From NCBI GenBank assembly GCA_019057795.1, contig JAHLWS010000053.1:32001-96000 (forward strand): a DNA stretch of 64,000 nt, in the 5' to 3' direction. A model generated the notes under the pieces. It was not told the origin of the DNA, made no database searches, and worked only from the letters and a program-made list of their open reading frames with translations. The DNA comes from Promethearchaeota archaeon. GTDB taxonomy: Archaea > Asgardarchaeota > Lokiarchaeia > Sigyniarchaeales > SOKP01. A program made the position numbers and the translations under genes. Below are positions 18,267-28,242 of the stretch, piece by piece (within the stretch, counting starts at the first letter, position 1; every line of letters begins with the position of its first letter).

Positions 18267-19565
18267 TTATTTAATGCTTTCGGCAAAATCTAAAGTCCCA
18301 GTTGGTTTTTGGAGCAGGAATTCACCCTTGAGAATCATCAATTTTAGTTCTTCTGCTAATTTAATTGCTCCGAATCTATCCGATTGTCTTAAAACGATTG
18401 GAATTTCGTTTCCTTCGAACTCAATCGATTTTAGGTCCAACTTAAAAGCGTCGGGACACAATCGAACGCATGTACCGCAATTAAAGCACCTAGTCCTATC
18501 AATTGCTGAGATAACTCCGTCTTTTATGATGAACGCGTTTGTCGGGCAGTAATCGATAGTTTTGCATTCTTCGCAATCTTCACACGCTTTAGAATCGAAC
18601 TTCATGAAGAAATTGTTATCCCAAACATTGGCGTAGGTGATTTCTCCCACTTTTTCTCTTCCGACAAGGCTTAAAATAGTTAAATTAACATCTTTATCCG
18701 ATTTTATTATGTTATCGAATATTTCTTCGTTGAGAATTGGAATTGGCAAGGCTATGCTACAGATAGGCTCTAGGCCGTCCGATGTTTTAAACGCACCCAT
18801 GTATTCTGGCTTCATTTGAATCATTGGAGCTATAGTCATCATGTTTGGTTTTGCGACATAGTTACGAGTTCCAGGACCAATAAGGTAACCCATGCTACCG
18901 TTAACTAAGAGCGGCGAACCTACACCGAAGGACTGAAATTTTGGGTCGTTTTGAAATGGATTTAAAGCGCCACATCCAGAAAAGGTAAGTTCTGTTTTAT
19001 TTGCTTCAAAAGGAAGGCAAGAAAATATGGTATCAACTTTATAAGATTCACAATTAAGCATTGCGTTGTAATTTTTTATAGCTTGCCTTGTGCCTATTAA
19101 CTTTGCATATTGCATTTCTTCTAAAGTCATTACTTTTTCGACTTTTTCTCCTTCGCTACTTTTTGCTACGATTTCTACCGTTTTCCCTTCGACGAGTTCT
19201 CTAAAAAGAGAGCCTCCACAATAGCTATCTCTGTCTTGACTTTGAGCAGTCCCATATACTATCAAATCGGCAATACCTAGATACTCGTTCGGGCACGGTC
19301 CTGGAAACGCAGGAATTCCATTTATAGAAATCTCAGTAAATTTTCTTAATGTTTTAGGTGCGACCAGCCTGAACGAAAAAACCCCCATAATTCCGCTCAT
19401 TAGACCTTTAGTGGCCGTAGTAATCACATCTATGTCTTCAAATTTAATGTGCTCGCCGTTATCTAAACGATTGATAAATTCCTGAACTGTGACAATGTTT
19501 GCAGTTCCGGTATTAATCTTCCTTCTTATATCAGAAAGCTTTCTTTTCTTAGGCAATAGAACCAC
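18267..19565 (-). CDS. DUF39/homocysteine-biosynthesis family Fe-S protein (methanogenesis marker 16-like)
   Basis: DVITTATKGLMSG, GPCPNE, FSGCGALNPFQND, C-terminal 2x[4Fe-4S] motifs, RQSDR. Confidence 0.8.
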   Translation of the reverse strand: MVLLPKKRKLSDIRRKINTGTANIVTVQEFINRLDNGEHIKFEDIDVITTATKGLMSGIMGVFSFRLVAPKTLRKFTEISINGIPAFPGPCPNEYLGIADLIVYGTAQSQDRDSYCGGSLFRELVEGKTVEIVAKSSEGEKVEKVMTLEEMQYAKLIGTRQAIKNYNAMLNCESYKVDTIFSCLPFEANKTELTFSGCGALNPFQNDPKFQSFGVGSPLLVNGSMGYLIGPGTRNYVAKPNMMTIAPMIQMKPEYMGAFKTSDGLEPICSIALPIPILNEEIFDNIIKSDKDVNLTILSLVGREKVGEITYANVWDNNFFMKFDSKACEDCEECKTIDYCPTNAFIIKDGVISAIDRTRCFNCGTCVRLCPDAFKLDLKSIEFEGNEIPIVLRQSDRFGAIKLAEELKLMILKGEFLLQKPTGTLDFAESIK

Positions 19566-19692
19566 TCATAATATAAAACGCTTTATCATGTAAAATATTT
19601 ATCTTAATAAAATTTTTTTTATTTAAAAAATACTTTAAATTCTTAAAAAGCTACATTAAATTCGAAATCTTAAAATAGAGGTTTAATTCTAA

Positions 19693-20418
19693 TTGTCTTA
19701 CTTTGAATCTAGGTTAAAAATAAATATAAACGATTTCGCCGAGATTGAAAGAAAATTAAAATTCTGTCAAGAATTACGGATAACCAATTTAATTTTAGAA
19801 CCAAAAAATGACATCTTAAAGCTCAATTCAGAGTTTAAGCAGCGAATTAGTAAAATTTCGACTCTGAACCTCTACTATCGCATTAATTTGAGGCCAAATA
19901 GCCTAAACGACCTAAAAAAACGAATACAACCTTACAATAATTTCTCAGATATTATTTCGGTGGAATCTATGGATAAAAACATTCAAATTCAAGCTGCTAA
20001 AGATTCTCGAGTGGATATAATCTCATTTTCAGACCAAAATATAATCAAGACAATTTCTCCAGGAATTATTTCCCTTACAAAACAAAACAAGTCTTTCATA
20101 GAATTTTCGCTAGCACCAATAATGACGAGAAATCAAGCAGTTCAATCAAGGTACTTAAGGAGTTTATATCGTGCAGTTCAATTAGCAATGCAATTAAAAG
20201 TTAACTACATTATAAGTGGAAACTTTGACGACCTCTTCAAACTAAGACATCCTAGGGCTTTAATTAGCGTTTGTCATACATTGTTGAGCATGCCTTTATT
20301 GAGCGCCAAGAAAGCTTTTTCTGAAAATGTGATAACCTTAATAAATCGCGTACATGCTCGTCAAGACAAGAACATCATCGAATCTGGTGTAAAGTTATTA
20401 AACGAGGGTGAGCTGTAG
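19693..20418 (+). CDS. rnp3: RNase P protein Rpp30
   Basis: AAKDSRVDIIS, IEFSL, LRHPRAL; directly upstream of Pop5. Confidence 0.85.
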   Translation: MSYFESRLKININDFAEIERKLKFCQELRITNLILEPKNDILKLNSEFKQRISKISTLNLYYRINLRPNSLNDLKKRIQPYNNFSDIISVESMDKNIQIQAAKDSRVDIISFSDQNIIKTISPGIISLTKQNKSFIEFSLAPIMTRNQAVQSRYLRSLYRAVQLAMQLKVNYIISGNFDDLFKLRHPRALISVCHTLLSMPLLSAKKAFSENVITLINRVHARQDKNIIESGVKLLNEGEL

Positions 20419-20759
20419 TGGTAAAAAAAGAAAGAAATAGGTACATTCTATTCAAAGTAATTACAAAAGATAACTCCGATTTGGACCAAAGAGAGGTTTT
20501 AAACGCTATTTGGCAATCAATTTGGAAATATTTTGGATTGAGAGAAGCAAGTAAGGTCGGCTTATGGCTGTTAGATATAGATTTCAAGGAAGGTTTTGGC
20601 GTCATTCGGTGTTCTCATAACACGAAGGAAATAGTTATTTCGGCAATAACTCTGATTACTGAAATATCTGGCAAAAAGGTAATTCTATCTCCAATTAAGA
20701 CTTCCGGAACGATTCGTAGCATAAAGACTTTAAAAAAATTAATGGCAAATAAAGGATAA
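20418..20759 (+). CDS. rnp2: RNase P protein Pop5/Rpp14
   Basis: KERNRYILF, GVIRCSH, TSGTIR; GGTG-N7-GTG start. Confidence 0.92.
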   Translation: MVKKERNRYILFKVITKDNSDLDQREVLNAIWQSIWKYFGLREASKVGLWLLDIDFKEGFGVIRCSHNTKEIVISAITLITEISGKKVILSPIKTSGTIRSIKTLKKLMANKG

Positions 20760-20792
20760 ATTAATTAGATATAATAATCATTAAAAAAGAAA

Positions 20793-21233
20793 ATGAAAAA
20801 ACCAAGCCTTACAGTTGCCCAAATCAAAGAAATTGACGAATCTTTTAACTTAAATTTGAATATTTCATTATTACACATTAAAGAGAAACACAAATACCGT
20901 TATTTATTAATTGTCAAATCAGAAACTACCAGATTTGCAAAATTAACAATATACCCTATAAAAAAAGAAAATGTCATAAAGGTTACATTAACGGGTTTAA
21001 ACCAAATTGATGAGTATATAGAAAACTTCTCTATGAAACTTCATGAATACGAGATCATTCATTCTTCGGGGTTGGTTTTGGTGGAGGGAAAATTATTTTT
21101 TGAGTGCTACCTTAATCTTTCATTAAGTGACGAAAAATATAAAGATTTAAAAACGCTTTTGGATAAGAATAAAAATAAATTCAAAGATATAAAAATAGAA
21201 GAAATAAGTTTAGCTAAAAGTAAAGTGAATTAA
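20793..21233 (+). CDS. Hypothetical protein, possible C-terminal ACT-like fold
   Basis: Co-oriented ORF; IIHSSGLV..FECYL beta pattern. Confidence 0.6.
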   Translation: MKKPSLTVAQIKEIDESFNLNLNISLLHIKEKHKYRYLLIVKSETTRFAKLTIYPIKKENVIKVTLTGLNQIDEYIENFSMKLHEYEIIHSSGLVLVEGKLFFECYLNLSLSDEKYKDLKTLLDKNKNKFKDIKIEEISLAKSKVN

Positions 21234-21237
21234 TTAA

Positions 21238-21687
21238 ATGAAAACATGGAAAATTTTTCTGAAATTCTCTGATGGTACGGAAAAAGAGATAGAATTATTC
21301 GATGCTAATGTATATTTTAATGGATATTTAAAATTAAAAAGGTCTTACTTTTTAAGTTTGGTAAAAGCAATAAAGATGACTAAAAAATATACTACTGGGC
21401 ACGCGATTGAGAAAATAATTGGGCCTGATGCAAAAGAATGGACTTTAAACGCTTGGATGTTGCTTTTGATCAAAGATAACGAAAAAAAGAAGCCTTTTTG
21501 GCTTTTCATTAAAAGAGAGAAAGATTTATCTGGTCTACTAATTGCGATAGGGCCAAAAGCGTTCGCAGAATATAATAATAGCAATTTGCTTGAAGCGAAG
21601 CGTGATATAAAGCGATTAATAAATTATATTATAGCGTATTTAAACAAGTTTAATTGTAGCGTCCTACTTCCCAATTATCTCCCTTAA
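21238..21687 (+). CDS. Hypothetical protein
   Basis: 149-aa ORF with ATG, tightly packed with the upstream gene. Confidence 0.7.
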   Translation: MKTWKIFLKFSDGTEKEIELFDANVYFNGYLKLKRSYFLSLVKAIKMTKKYTTGHAIEKIIGPDAKEWTLNAWMLLLIKDNEKKKPFWLFIKREKDLSGLLIAIGPKAFAEYNNSNLLEAKRDIKRLINYIIAYLNKFNCSVLLPNYLP

Positions 21688-21834
21688 ATTGAGATTTTAC
21701 ATCATTATTATAGAGATGAATTCTTTTATTAAAATATAATGAATTATAATATTTGATTAAAATCGTTAATAATTAATTAAGTAAAGAAAAAATATTAAAT
21801 TCAATTTTAATTATCATTTTTAATAAATGCTAAA

Positions 21835-22686
21835 TTGAACAATTCAAAAAGTGGCTATAGAACTTTGAAAAAAAACACAATAAGATTATTAACTCTAATT
21901 GTCATAACTCAAATATTCCTGAGCTCTATATTTTTATTAACAAATGGCTATGGAGATCCAATCGAAATTAAAGTAGGTTTTGGAGCTGCCCCCGTTATAG
22001 ACGGGATCATTGATGGCACTACGGGTGAGTGGGATCAAGCCAAGAAGGAAAATATTAACTTATATCCCAATATAAACGTTCCAGAAAACGGATTGGCAAT
22101 TGACTTATGGGTCATACAAGAGGGTTTAAACTTATATATATTAGTACAATTTGACTTGCAAGATCATGGTTCTAGTGAATACGATAACGAGTTCATAGGA
22201 ATTTTAATTGCGGATGAAGGTTCTAGCTCTAATTTTACTGACGCTAAAATTGTTCAATATTTAAACATAAGTGAGAACACTTTTAAATATCTAGATTACC
22301 ATATTAATGATACAGAGTACGAAGAAGATATTACGTCTAATGGAGCCGGAGCAGCTAACTTAGAGGAAAATCAAATAACATATGAATTTTCAATGCCGGT
22401 TAAAGATACTGAAGATCAAGTTCAAGATGTTTATTTAAATTATATTAGGAATTATGATTTCAAAATTGTGTTCGGAAAAACAGCGCTTTACCCAGATGGA
22501 ATTATGATTTCAAATATAGTATCAATATATTTAGAATTTAAACCGGGAGGTCCTGACATCTCGTTGGGTGAAATAATAAAGACTACATCAATAATCGTTA
22601 TTTTCAGCACAATTGGCGCTCTTTATATTTTTTATATATATCGAATAACTCAACTCAAGAAAGAAATCAGAAGGATAAGGAGATAA
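21835..22686 (+). CDS. Membrane-anchored surface protein with CBM9/DOMON-like beta domain
   Basis: Signal peptide, APVIDGIIDG..EWDQA, YEFSMP, C-terminal TM and basic tail. Confidence 0.65.
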   Translation: MNNSKSGYRTLKKNTIRLLTLIVITQIFLSSIFLLTNGYGDPIEIKVGFGAAPVIDGIIDGTTGEWDQAKKENINLYPNINVPENGLAIDLWVIQEGLNLYILVQFDLQDHGSSEYDNEFIGILIADEGSSSNFTDAKIVQYLNISENTFKYLDYHINDTEYEEDITSNGAGAANLEENQITYEFSMPVKDTEDQVQDVYLNYIRNYDFKIVFGKTALYPDGIMISNIVSIYLEFKPGGPDISLGEIIKTTSIIVIFSTIGALYIFYIYRITQLKKEIRRIRR

Positions 22687-22687
22687 C

Positions 22688-23104
22688 ATGTCAAAAATTA
22701 ATAAAAATAGTGTTAAATCACAACCAACTAAAAAGAAGGAAAATATAGAAGAAAAATTCGCATACCGTTCAGTTATTCTCTCTGCGATATTTGGAGGGCT
22801 ATTTTTTACAATTTCAATTTTATTAAATGGAGAAATAATTACATTATTTCAGGGTGATAACCCATTTTTGTTAGCTTTAGATATTACTATTAAAGTTCTC
22901 GTTATTCTAATATTTAACATTTTAATCATGGTTAGTCTTGGAAATTACAAAGAATTAACGGGCAAACCAGTAGATTTTAAAATAATAGGACTGTTATTTT
23001 TCTTTTCGTTAATACAAGCATTTAGAAATTCGTTGGTTTTCTCCTTTACGTTTGGAGGTCTATTAATTATCGTTCTTTACTTGTATTTAGTTCAAGACAG
23101 CTGA
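22688..23104 (+). CDS. Small multi-pass membrane protein
   Basis: About four hydrophobic segments. Confidence 0.7.
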   Translation: MSKINKNSVKSQPTKKKENIEEKFAYRSVILSAIFGGLFFTISILLNGEIITLFQGDNPFLLALDITIKVLVILIFNILIMVSLGNYKELTGKPVDFKIIGLLFFFSLIQAFRNSLVFSFTFGGLLIIVLYLYLVQDS

Positions 23105-23134
23105 AAGTCATTATTTAATGTTTTAAATTCAAAA

Positions 23135-23878
23135 ATGAAAAAGAATTTACTGTTTATTGGCCACAGAGGGACTAGAATAGATTATGATGAAAATACGTTA
23201 AAATCATTCGAAGTAGCGATTAAATCCGGAGCTCATTACATTGAATTTGATGTTCGGAGATTGAACGATGGAAATTTGTTAGTCTTTCATGATGCCTTCA
23301 TAGACAAGACTATAGTTGGTTCAGTGTATCTAAAAGATTTAACTTACGCTGAACTTAAAAATTATAAAACTAAAATTAGAAATGCTGAAATTCCTCTTTT
23401 AACTGAAGTGCTAGATAAACTTGCAAAAAGAACGAAATTCATGATTGAATTAAAAGAAGAAGAAATAAAAGATGATGTAATCAATATGGTGATTAAGAAG
23501 GGATTATTAAAAGATTGCGTTATTTGCGGAAGAAATTATGAATTATTAAGGATAATTAAAAAAGAATTTCCTAAATGTCAAGTTTGTTATAATATTACTA
23601 AAGGAAAGGGATTAAATTTTAAAAAATTTATAGAATTGGGGAATCAGAAGAATTTACGGTTCATACCAGACATGATAAGTTTAAAGTCAAATTTAATTAA
23701 AGCTAATTTTATAGACATTTGTCACGAAAACGGTATTAAAGCTCTTGCTTGGGACTTTATTAAATACGCTAATTCTGTTAAAATAATTAAAGATTTAATT
23801 AAACTTCAAATCGATGGGATTTTATTTGATGATCATAAAAATATTAAAATTATAAAAAAGTGGTTAAAAAGAACTTAA
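23135..23878 (+). CDS. Glycerophosphodiester phosphodiesterase
   Basis: IGHRG, ENT, IEFDV, VFHD, IELK, IDGILFD. Confidence 0.92.
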   Translation: MKKNLLFIGHRGTRIDYDENTLKSFEVAIKSGAHYIEFDVRRLNDGNLLVFHDAFIDKTIVGSVYLKDLTYAELKNYKTKIRNAEIPLLTEVLDKLAKRTKFMIELKEEEIKDDVINMVIKKGLLKDCVICGRNYELLRIIKKEFPKCQVCYNITKGKGLNFKKFIELGNQKNLRFIPDMISLKSNLIKANFIDICHENGIKALAWDFIKYANSVKIIKDLIKLQIDGILFDDHKNIKIIKKWLKRT

Positions 23879-25932
23879 CTTAATTTCGTTATTTTAGATG
23901 TTCCGGGAGGAAGTATAAGGATAATATCGTCTAAAGACAAAATTTTTACCCACTTTTTATTATCCACTTCAGATTTATTAAGAAAGATTGATTTCAATTC
24001 CTTTGCTAACTTTCCTTTGGTTAAACCAGATTTTGAAGGTTTAATTAGTATTGAAATGTTTGTTTTTTTTTTAATGGTGCTTGTTGGCTCGCAAATTATT
24101 TGCGGATATAATATTTTAATATTCGGATTAGCTCCGTCTTTGATTTCTATGAGCTCTAATCGAAGAGTTAACTCAGTTTTAGCGTCTTTAATTATATTCT
24201 TCTTTCCAGAAATCATAAAAGAGCCTTTAGGTAAATACTCGCCAGAAGGAGGTGTTTTCGAAATTTGATTCGCTAAAACATAAAAAACATCAACAACGCC
24301 CCAATTTTCTTTCCAAGCTATAGAAAAACTTGCTACGAAGTCAGCCGCCTCCTTAATTGAACTTTCGGGAATTTCATTATTTTCTGGATTTTTAATTATG
24401 GTTAGAGGAGAGCCCGAAAAATTTGTGTGAAAAATTAAATCGTAAGGCGTTATATATTTTTTAAATATCGTTTCGTTCGAACTCGCGTCCCTTCCGCCAA
24501 TTACTAAGAAACCATCTGAAGAAATAAACCACCTAAATTTTTCATACCATTTTTTTGTTGGTTTTTTAATTAAAAAATTCACTTCTAATTCGATTGATTC
24601 TTTTTTAAGCTTTAGTTTTTCAATGTTGTGTTTTGTTATTTCAATTGCCGGAAATGTTCCAGTTAATTTCTTTTCTGCTTTTTTACCTTTATAATAAATT
24701 AAATTTGCGTTTTCGCCAACTGTTTTATTTAAATCCAAATATACTTCGTTATTGTTAATATCAATTACAACTTGTTTGGTTGCAGGGATAATTTTAACAA
24801 AAAATGCTAACTCTTCTAAACTTTCGTTTTTAGCACTTTGTAATTTGGCGTTAATTTCATCCCAACCGTAGCCTTTAGCTTTAGCGTCTAAAATTCCGTC
24901 AAATAACTTATGCATGGCATTAAAATTGGCGTATATAAAAGCTCCATATTCGTAATACATGTCTTTTCTTATTTTGAGTTCTATAAGGTATTCTTGTTGA
25001 TTTCTTAATATTTTTTCTTGAGATTTTATTTTTTTATTTATTGATTGATCTTGTGGCGTTATTAAATTACTGGAATCTATTTTTGAAAAGTATTCGTCAA
25101 CGGCGTCATTAAAAGAATTTACTTGTTTTTTCTTATTGTTTTTAAAAAGTTCTAATTCAAAAGGGATAACTGAAATCTCTTCTTCGTTCTCATTAAAAAC
25201 AATCTGTGCATTTATTTCACCAAAAAGCAATTTATTTCTTAAATTTTTGAAAGCGTGAAATAATAAATTCAATTCTTCTTGATTTAAATCGTTGCTGTTT
25301 TTAGATTTATCAATCTTTGCCATATGACATATTTCTTCACCATATAATCCTGAAATGTTTATATTTCGTGCTAAAATTCTTACTATTTCACCCTCAAAAT
25401 TATGTATAATTTCGTTAAAATCATTTTGATTAATAGTTAGAAAATCTATTCCCCTGGATTTTGGAAATATGTATTCTCTATTAGCTAAAATATCCCTATC
25501 TCTATATTTACTGTAGCGTTTTGCTATTTTAACAAGGTTTTTATCGTCTAATACTATATAGTTTCCCTTATTGAATAATTCAATTATAAATTTCCAGGGT
25601 TTTCCCTCTATATTGCTTAATTCGAATATAATAATTCTATCAAAATTATGTTGATTGATTGCTAATATTCTTCTATTCTTTAGGAGTTTTCTTAGAGACC
25701 CGATATACTGACTCGGATATTTTGGTATTGGGTAATCGTAATTAGTAAAATTTATACGCGAATCGTTTTTAACGATTAATATTTTTTTTTCATTTAATTT
25801 AGTCTTAATTTTTAAAATTAATATATCCTCAATTTCGTAGATATTAGTAATTTTACCTTGAGTTAGAACTAAATCTAATTCTTTCGTAATAGCAAATACA
25901 TCGAAATTTGAAAATTTAATATTTTTTTTCAT
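23875..25932 (-). CDS. rqcH: Ribosome quality control factor RqcH/NEMF (NFACT family)
   Basis: FDRII, IIELFNKGN, KKWYEKFRWF, GGRDASSNE, SKTPPSGEYLPKGSFMISG. Confidence 0.93.
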   Translation of the reverse strand: MKKNIKFSNFDVFAITKELDLVLTQGKITNIYEIEDILILKIKTKLNEKKILIVKNDSRINFTNYDYPIPKYPSQYIGSLRKLLKNRRILAINQHNFDRIIIFELSNIEGKPWKFIIELFNKGNYIVLDDKNLVKIAKRYSKYRDRDILANREYIFPKSRGIDFLTINQNDFNEIIHNFEGEIVRILARNINISGLYGEEICHMAKIDKSKNSNDLNQEELNLLFHAFKNLRNKLLFGEINAQIVFNENEEEISVIPFELELFKNNKKKQVNSFNDAVDEYFSKIDSSNLITPQDQSINKKIKSQEKILRNQQEYLIELKIRKDMYYEYGAFIYANFNAMHKLFDGILDAKAKGYGWDEINAKLQSAKNESLEELAFFVKIIPATKQVVIDINNNEVYLDLNKTVGENANLIYYKGKKAEKKLTGTFPAIEITKHNIEKLKLKKESIELEVNFLIKKPTKKWYEKFRWFISSDGFLVIGGRDASSNETIFKKYITPYDLIFHTNFSGSPLTIIKNPENNEIPESSIKEAADFVASFSIAWKENWGVVDVFYVLANQISKTPPSGEYLPKGSFMISGKKNIIKDAKTELTLRLELIEIKDGANPNIKILYPQIICEPTSTIKKKTNISILIKPSKSGLTKGKLAKELKSIFLNKSEVDNKKWVKILSLDDIILILPPGTSKITKLS

Positions 25933-26044
25933 TGTATATTATAATGATTCTCTTTTTTTTTCTTTTATTAAAAAATAAAAATAAATTGAACTAAATCTAA
26001 TTTACAAAATTTTAATAAAAAAAATAATATTAATAATACTAATT

Positions 26045-26464
26045 ATGGGAAAAAAAGATAAACGACCGAAAAGGGTTAATATTAAAAAAGAAAGGCAAAG
26101 ACTTATAAAAGAGAAAAAAAAACTACTTCCAAAGCAAGATCTTCAAGTGGATAAAAAAGCGACCAAAAAGATTGATATTCGATTAGAAAAAGAGACAAGA
26201 TTATATTGGGTAAGAGCGATTTCAGGCGCTTTAAGCGGTTTAATAGGAAGAATGTTGTTTGGTTTGATTGGTTGGTGGTTGTTAATTTGGATGTTATGTT
26301 TTTGGTTTATTACGCCATTTTTTGTTAGTTTTATTGTATATAAATACGAATACGATAAAGAGGAATGGAGCTGGAAGAATATTATAAAACCAGGTATTGG
26401 AATATTTTTCTTATTATTTATGATTGTTACTGTTATTACACATACATTTTTAGCTTTTCCCTGA
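26045..26464 (+). CDS. Three-TM membrane protein, EMC6/Rab5ip-like
   Basis: LYWVRAISGALSGLI..GLIGW..PGIGIFFLLF..HT pattern; basic N-terminus. Confidence 0.55.
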   Translation: MGKKDKRPKRVNIKKERQRLIKEKKKLLPKQDLQVDKKATKKIDIRLEKETRLYWVRAISGALSGLIGRMLFGLIGWWLLIWMLCFWFITPFFVSFIVYKYEYDKEEWSWKNIIKPGIGIFFLLFMIVTVITHTFLAFP

Positions 26465-26470
26465 ATTGAA

Positions 26471-26974
26471 CTATAATTGTATTGTTTGTTTTATTTTCTT
26501 CTCAATCTTCCCCTTAGAACTAAAGACAATTTCGTCCAATTTATATATCCTGTTGCAGTAAATGCATTGAATTTTAAGTGGTTTTTCTTCTAGAACCATG
26601 AATTCTGTTTCAATTGGTTCATTGGAATTAGAAATGCATGTTTTGTTCCGGCATAAAATTAATTTCTTAATTACTTCAGGGAGGTTTACCTTTTTCTTCT
26701 CAATAACCTTATATTCTTCAATTAAAGAGATATTCGCATTTGGAGAAAGTATAGAAATTTGTTGCATTTGTTTTTTGTTGAGAAAGACGCCTTCAATTTT
26801 TATAATATCTTTTCTTTGATACTTCTTAGACGAAACATTAACACCAATTGTAATAAGATTTGGAGATTCGTCAAGTCCCGTTAAATTCATAATAGTTAAC
26901 GCGTATCCGGCGTCAATATGGTCAATAACGGTTCCCTTCTTTAATCTGGCTATTTTTAATTTTTCTTCCAACAT
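26471..26974 (-). CDS. pyrI: Aspartate carbamoyltransferase regulatory subunit
   Basis: GTVIDHI, KDIIKIE, CRNKTCISN, CIYC. Confidence 0.95.
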   Translation of the reverse strand: MLEEKLKIARLKKGTVIDHIDAGYALTIMNLTGLDESPNLITIGVNVSSKKYQRKDIIKIEGVFLNKKQMQQISILSPNANISLIEEYKVIEKKKVNLPEVIKKLILCRNKTCISNSNEPIETEFMVLEEKPLKIQCIYCNRIYKLDEIVFSSKGKIEKKIKQTIQL

Positions 26975-27039
26975 TTACTTAATTATTAAAAATTATTTAA
27001 TTGAAAAATTTTACTAAAAAAAATTATTACTTCAATTTC

Positions 27040-28131
27040 TTAAATTAATATTAATATCGATATAAAAAATAAAACTGTTGATACAATAAAATTATAAGAC
27101 AAGTTATCGTCAACCTCCAAATCCAAAAAATCTAAAAGTCCAATAATTACAGCTCCAACTAAGGGAATTAAAATTAAACTTACGGGTTTTAACATATATA
27201 CTTGTCTTAAAAGCAACAAAGTGATAACTCCAGAGACATAGGCAACGCTCATACCCGCAAATAAACCCTCATAAGTTTTTTTTGTATTTCGAATTTTCTT
27301 GCGTCCAAATTTTTTTCCGACTAAATTTGCAGTCATATCAGCAAAAATTGACATCGTCATTGAAGTGCAAATTACCAATGGACCTATAGGTTGAAACATC
27401 CCATATAAGATTATTATTGAAAAACAACCAATTCCCATGGATATATGTGGGCCCAATCTCATGTGTCGCTCTTTTTTTCTTAAAATTCGATTAACTGGCT
27501 TCAAAGGGTAGAGGTCTGGCCTTAAAATTCTAATAAAATCGGCAGATAACATACCAATTAAAGAGGCTCCAACTAAAAAAACTACCAAATATTGAGTAAA
27601 AATCATTTTATTAGCCTGTGTGTTATAGATGGAAAAGAAGATCTCTGAAATGATATTAGGGAAAAATTCTAAAACATATACAAATATGTTTTGAACTAGA
27701 AAACCTAAAGTGAAATAAAAAAAAACAATCCCTAAAACAACCAAATGAGTTAATTTTCTATAAAGCTCGTATTTAAATGGAAGAACCTCCGAGAATAAGG
27801 AGAAGTCTTCTTTCCAAGGTTTCTCTTTTAAATCTCTTTTAACAATTCGCTTTTCTCTATAAATCGAATAATAAAAAAGAGGAAGAAAAAATATGATGAA
27901 GGTTATCATAAAAATATCAAATGGAAATACTATAAAATCAATATTCGAAATGTGTAAAAAGTTGATTGTAATTAAATTGATTGTTATACTAATTATTAGT
28001 ATTAGAGAGTTTACCAAATTATTAATAAAGGCACCTCTTTCGCCTCTTTTCTTTGCTAAAAAGGCTATATATAATGAGATTACCCCATAAATGTATAAGG
28101 TGCCTGTAATAATAAATGATAAAATATTCAA
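27040..28131 (-). CDS. CTP-dependent polyprenol/diacylglycerol kinase (dolichol/phytol kinase family)
   Basis: ELYRKLTH, ADMTANLVGKKFG, KKTYEG, DDNL; many TMs. Confidence 0.8.
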   Translation of the reverse strand: MNILSFIITGTLYIYGVISLYIAFLAKKRGERGAFINNLVNSLILIISITINLITINFLHISNIDFIVFPFDIFMITFIIFFLPLFYYSIYREKRIVKRDLKEKPWKEDFSLFSEVLPFKYELYRKLTHLVVLGIVFFYFTLGFLVQNIFVYVLEFFPNIISEIFFSIYNTQANKMIFTQYLVVFLVGASLIGMLSADFIRILRPDLYPLKPVNRILRKKERHMRLGPHISMGIGCFSIIILYGMFQPIGPLVICTSMTMSIFADMTANLVGKKFGRKKIRNTKKTYEGLFAGMSVAYVSGVITLLLLRQVYMLKPVSLILIPLVGAVIIGLLDFLDLEVDDNLSYNFIVSTVLFFISILILI

Positions 28132-28242
28132 AAATCAACAATCTCCTTAAGTTTTCTTATAGATATTATCTGTGAAATATTAAAATCTTTATTAAAATTG
28201 AATTGATAAACAATTAAATTAAAAAAAAATTGAAAATTTGAC

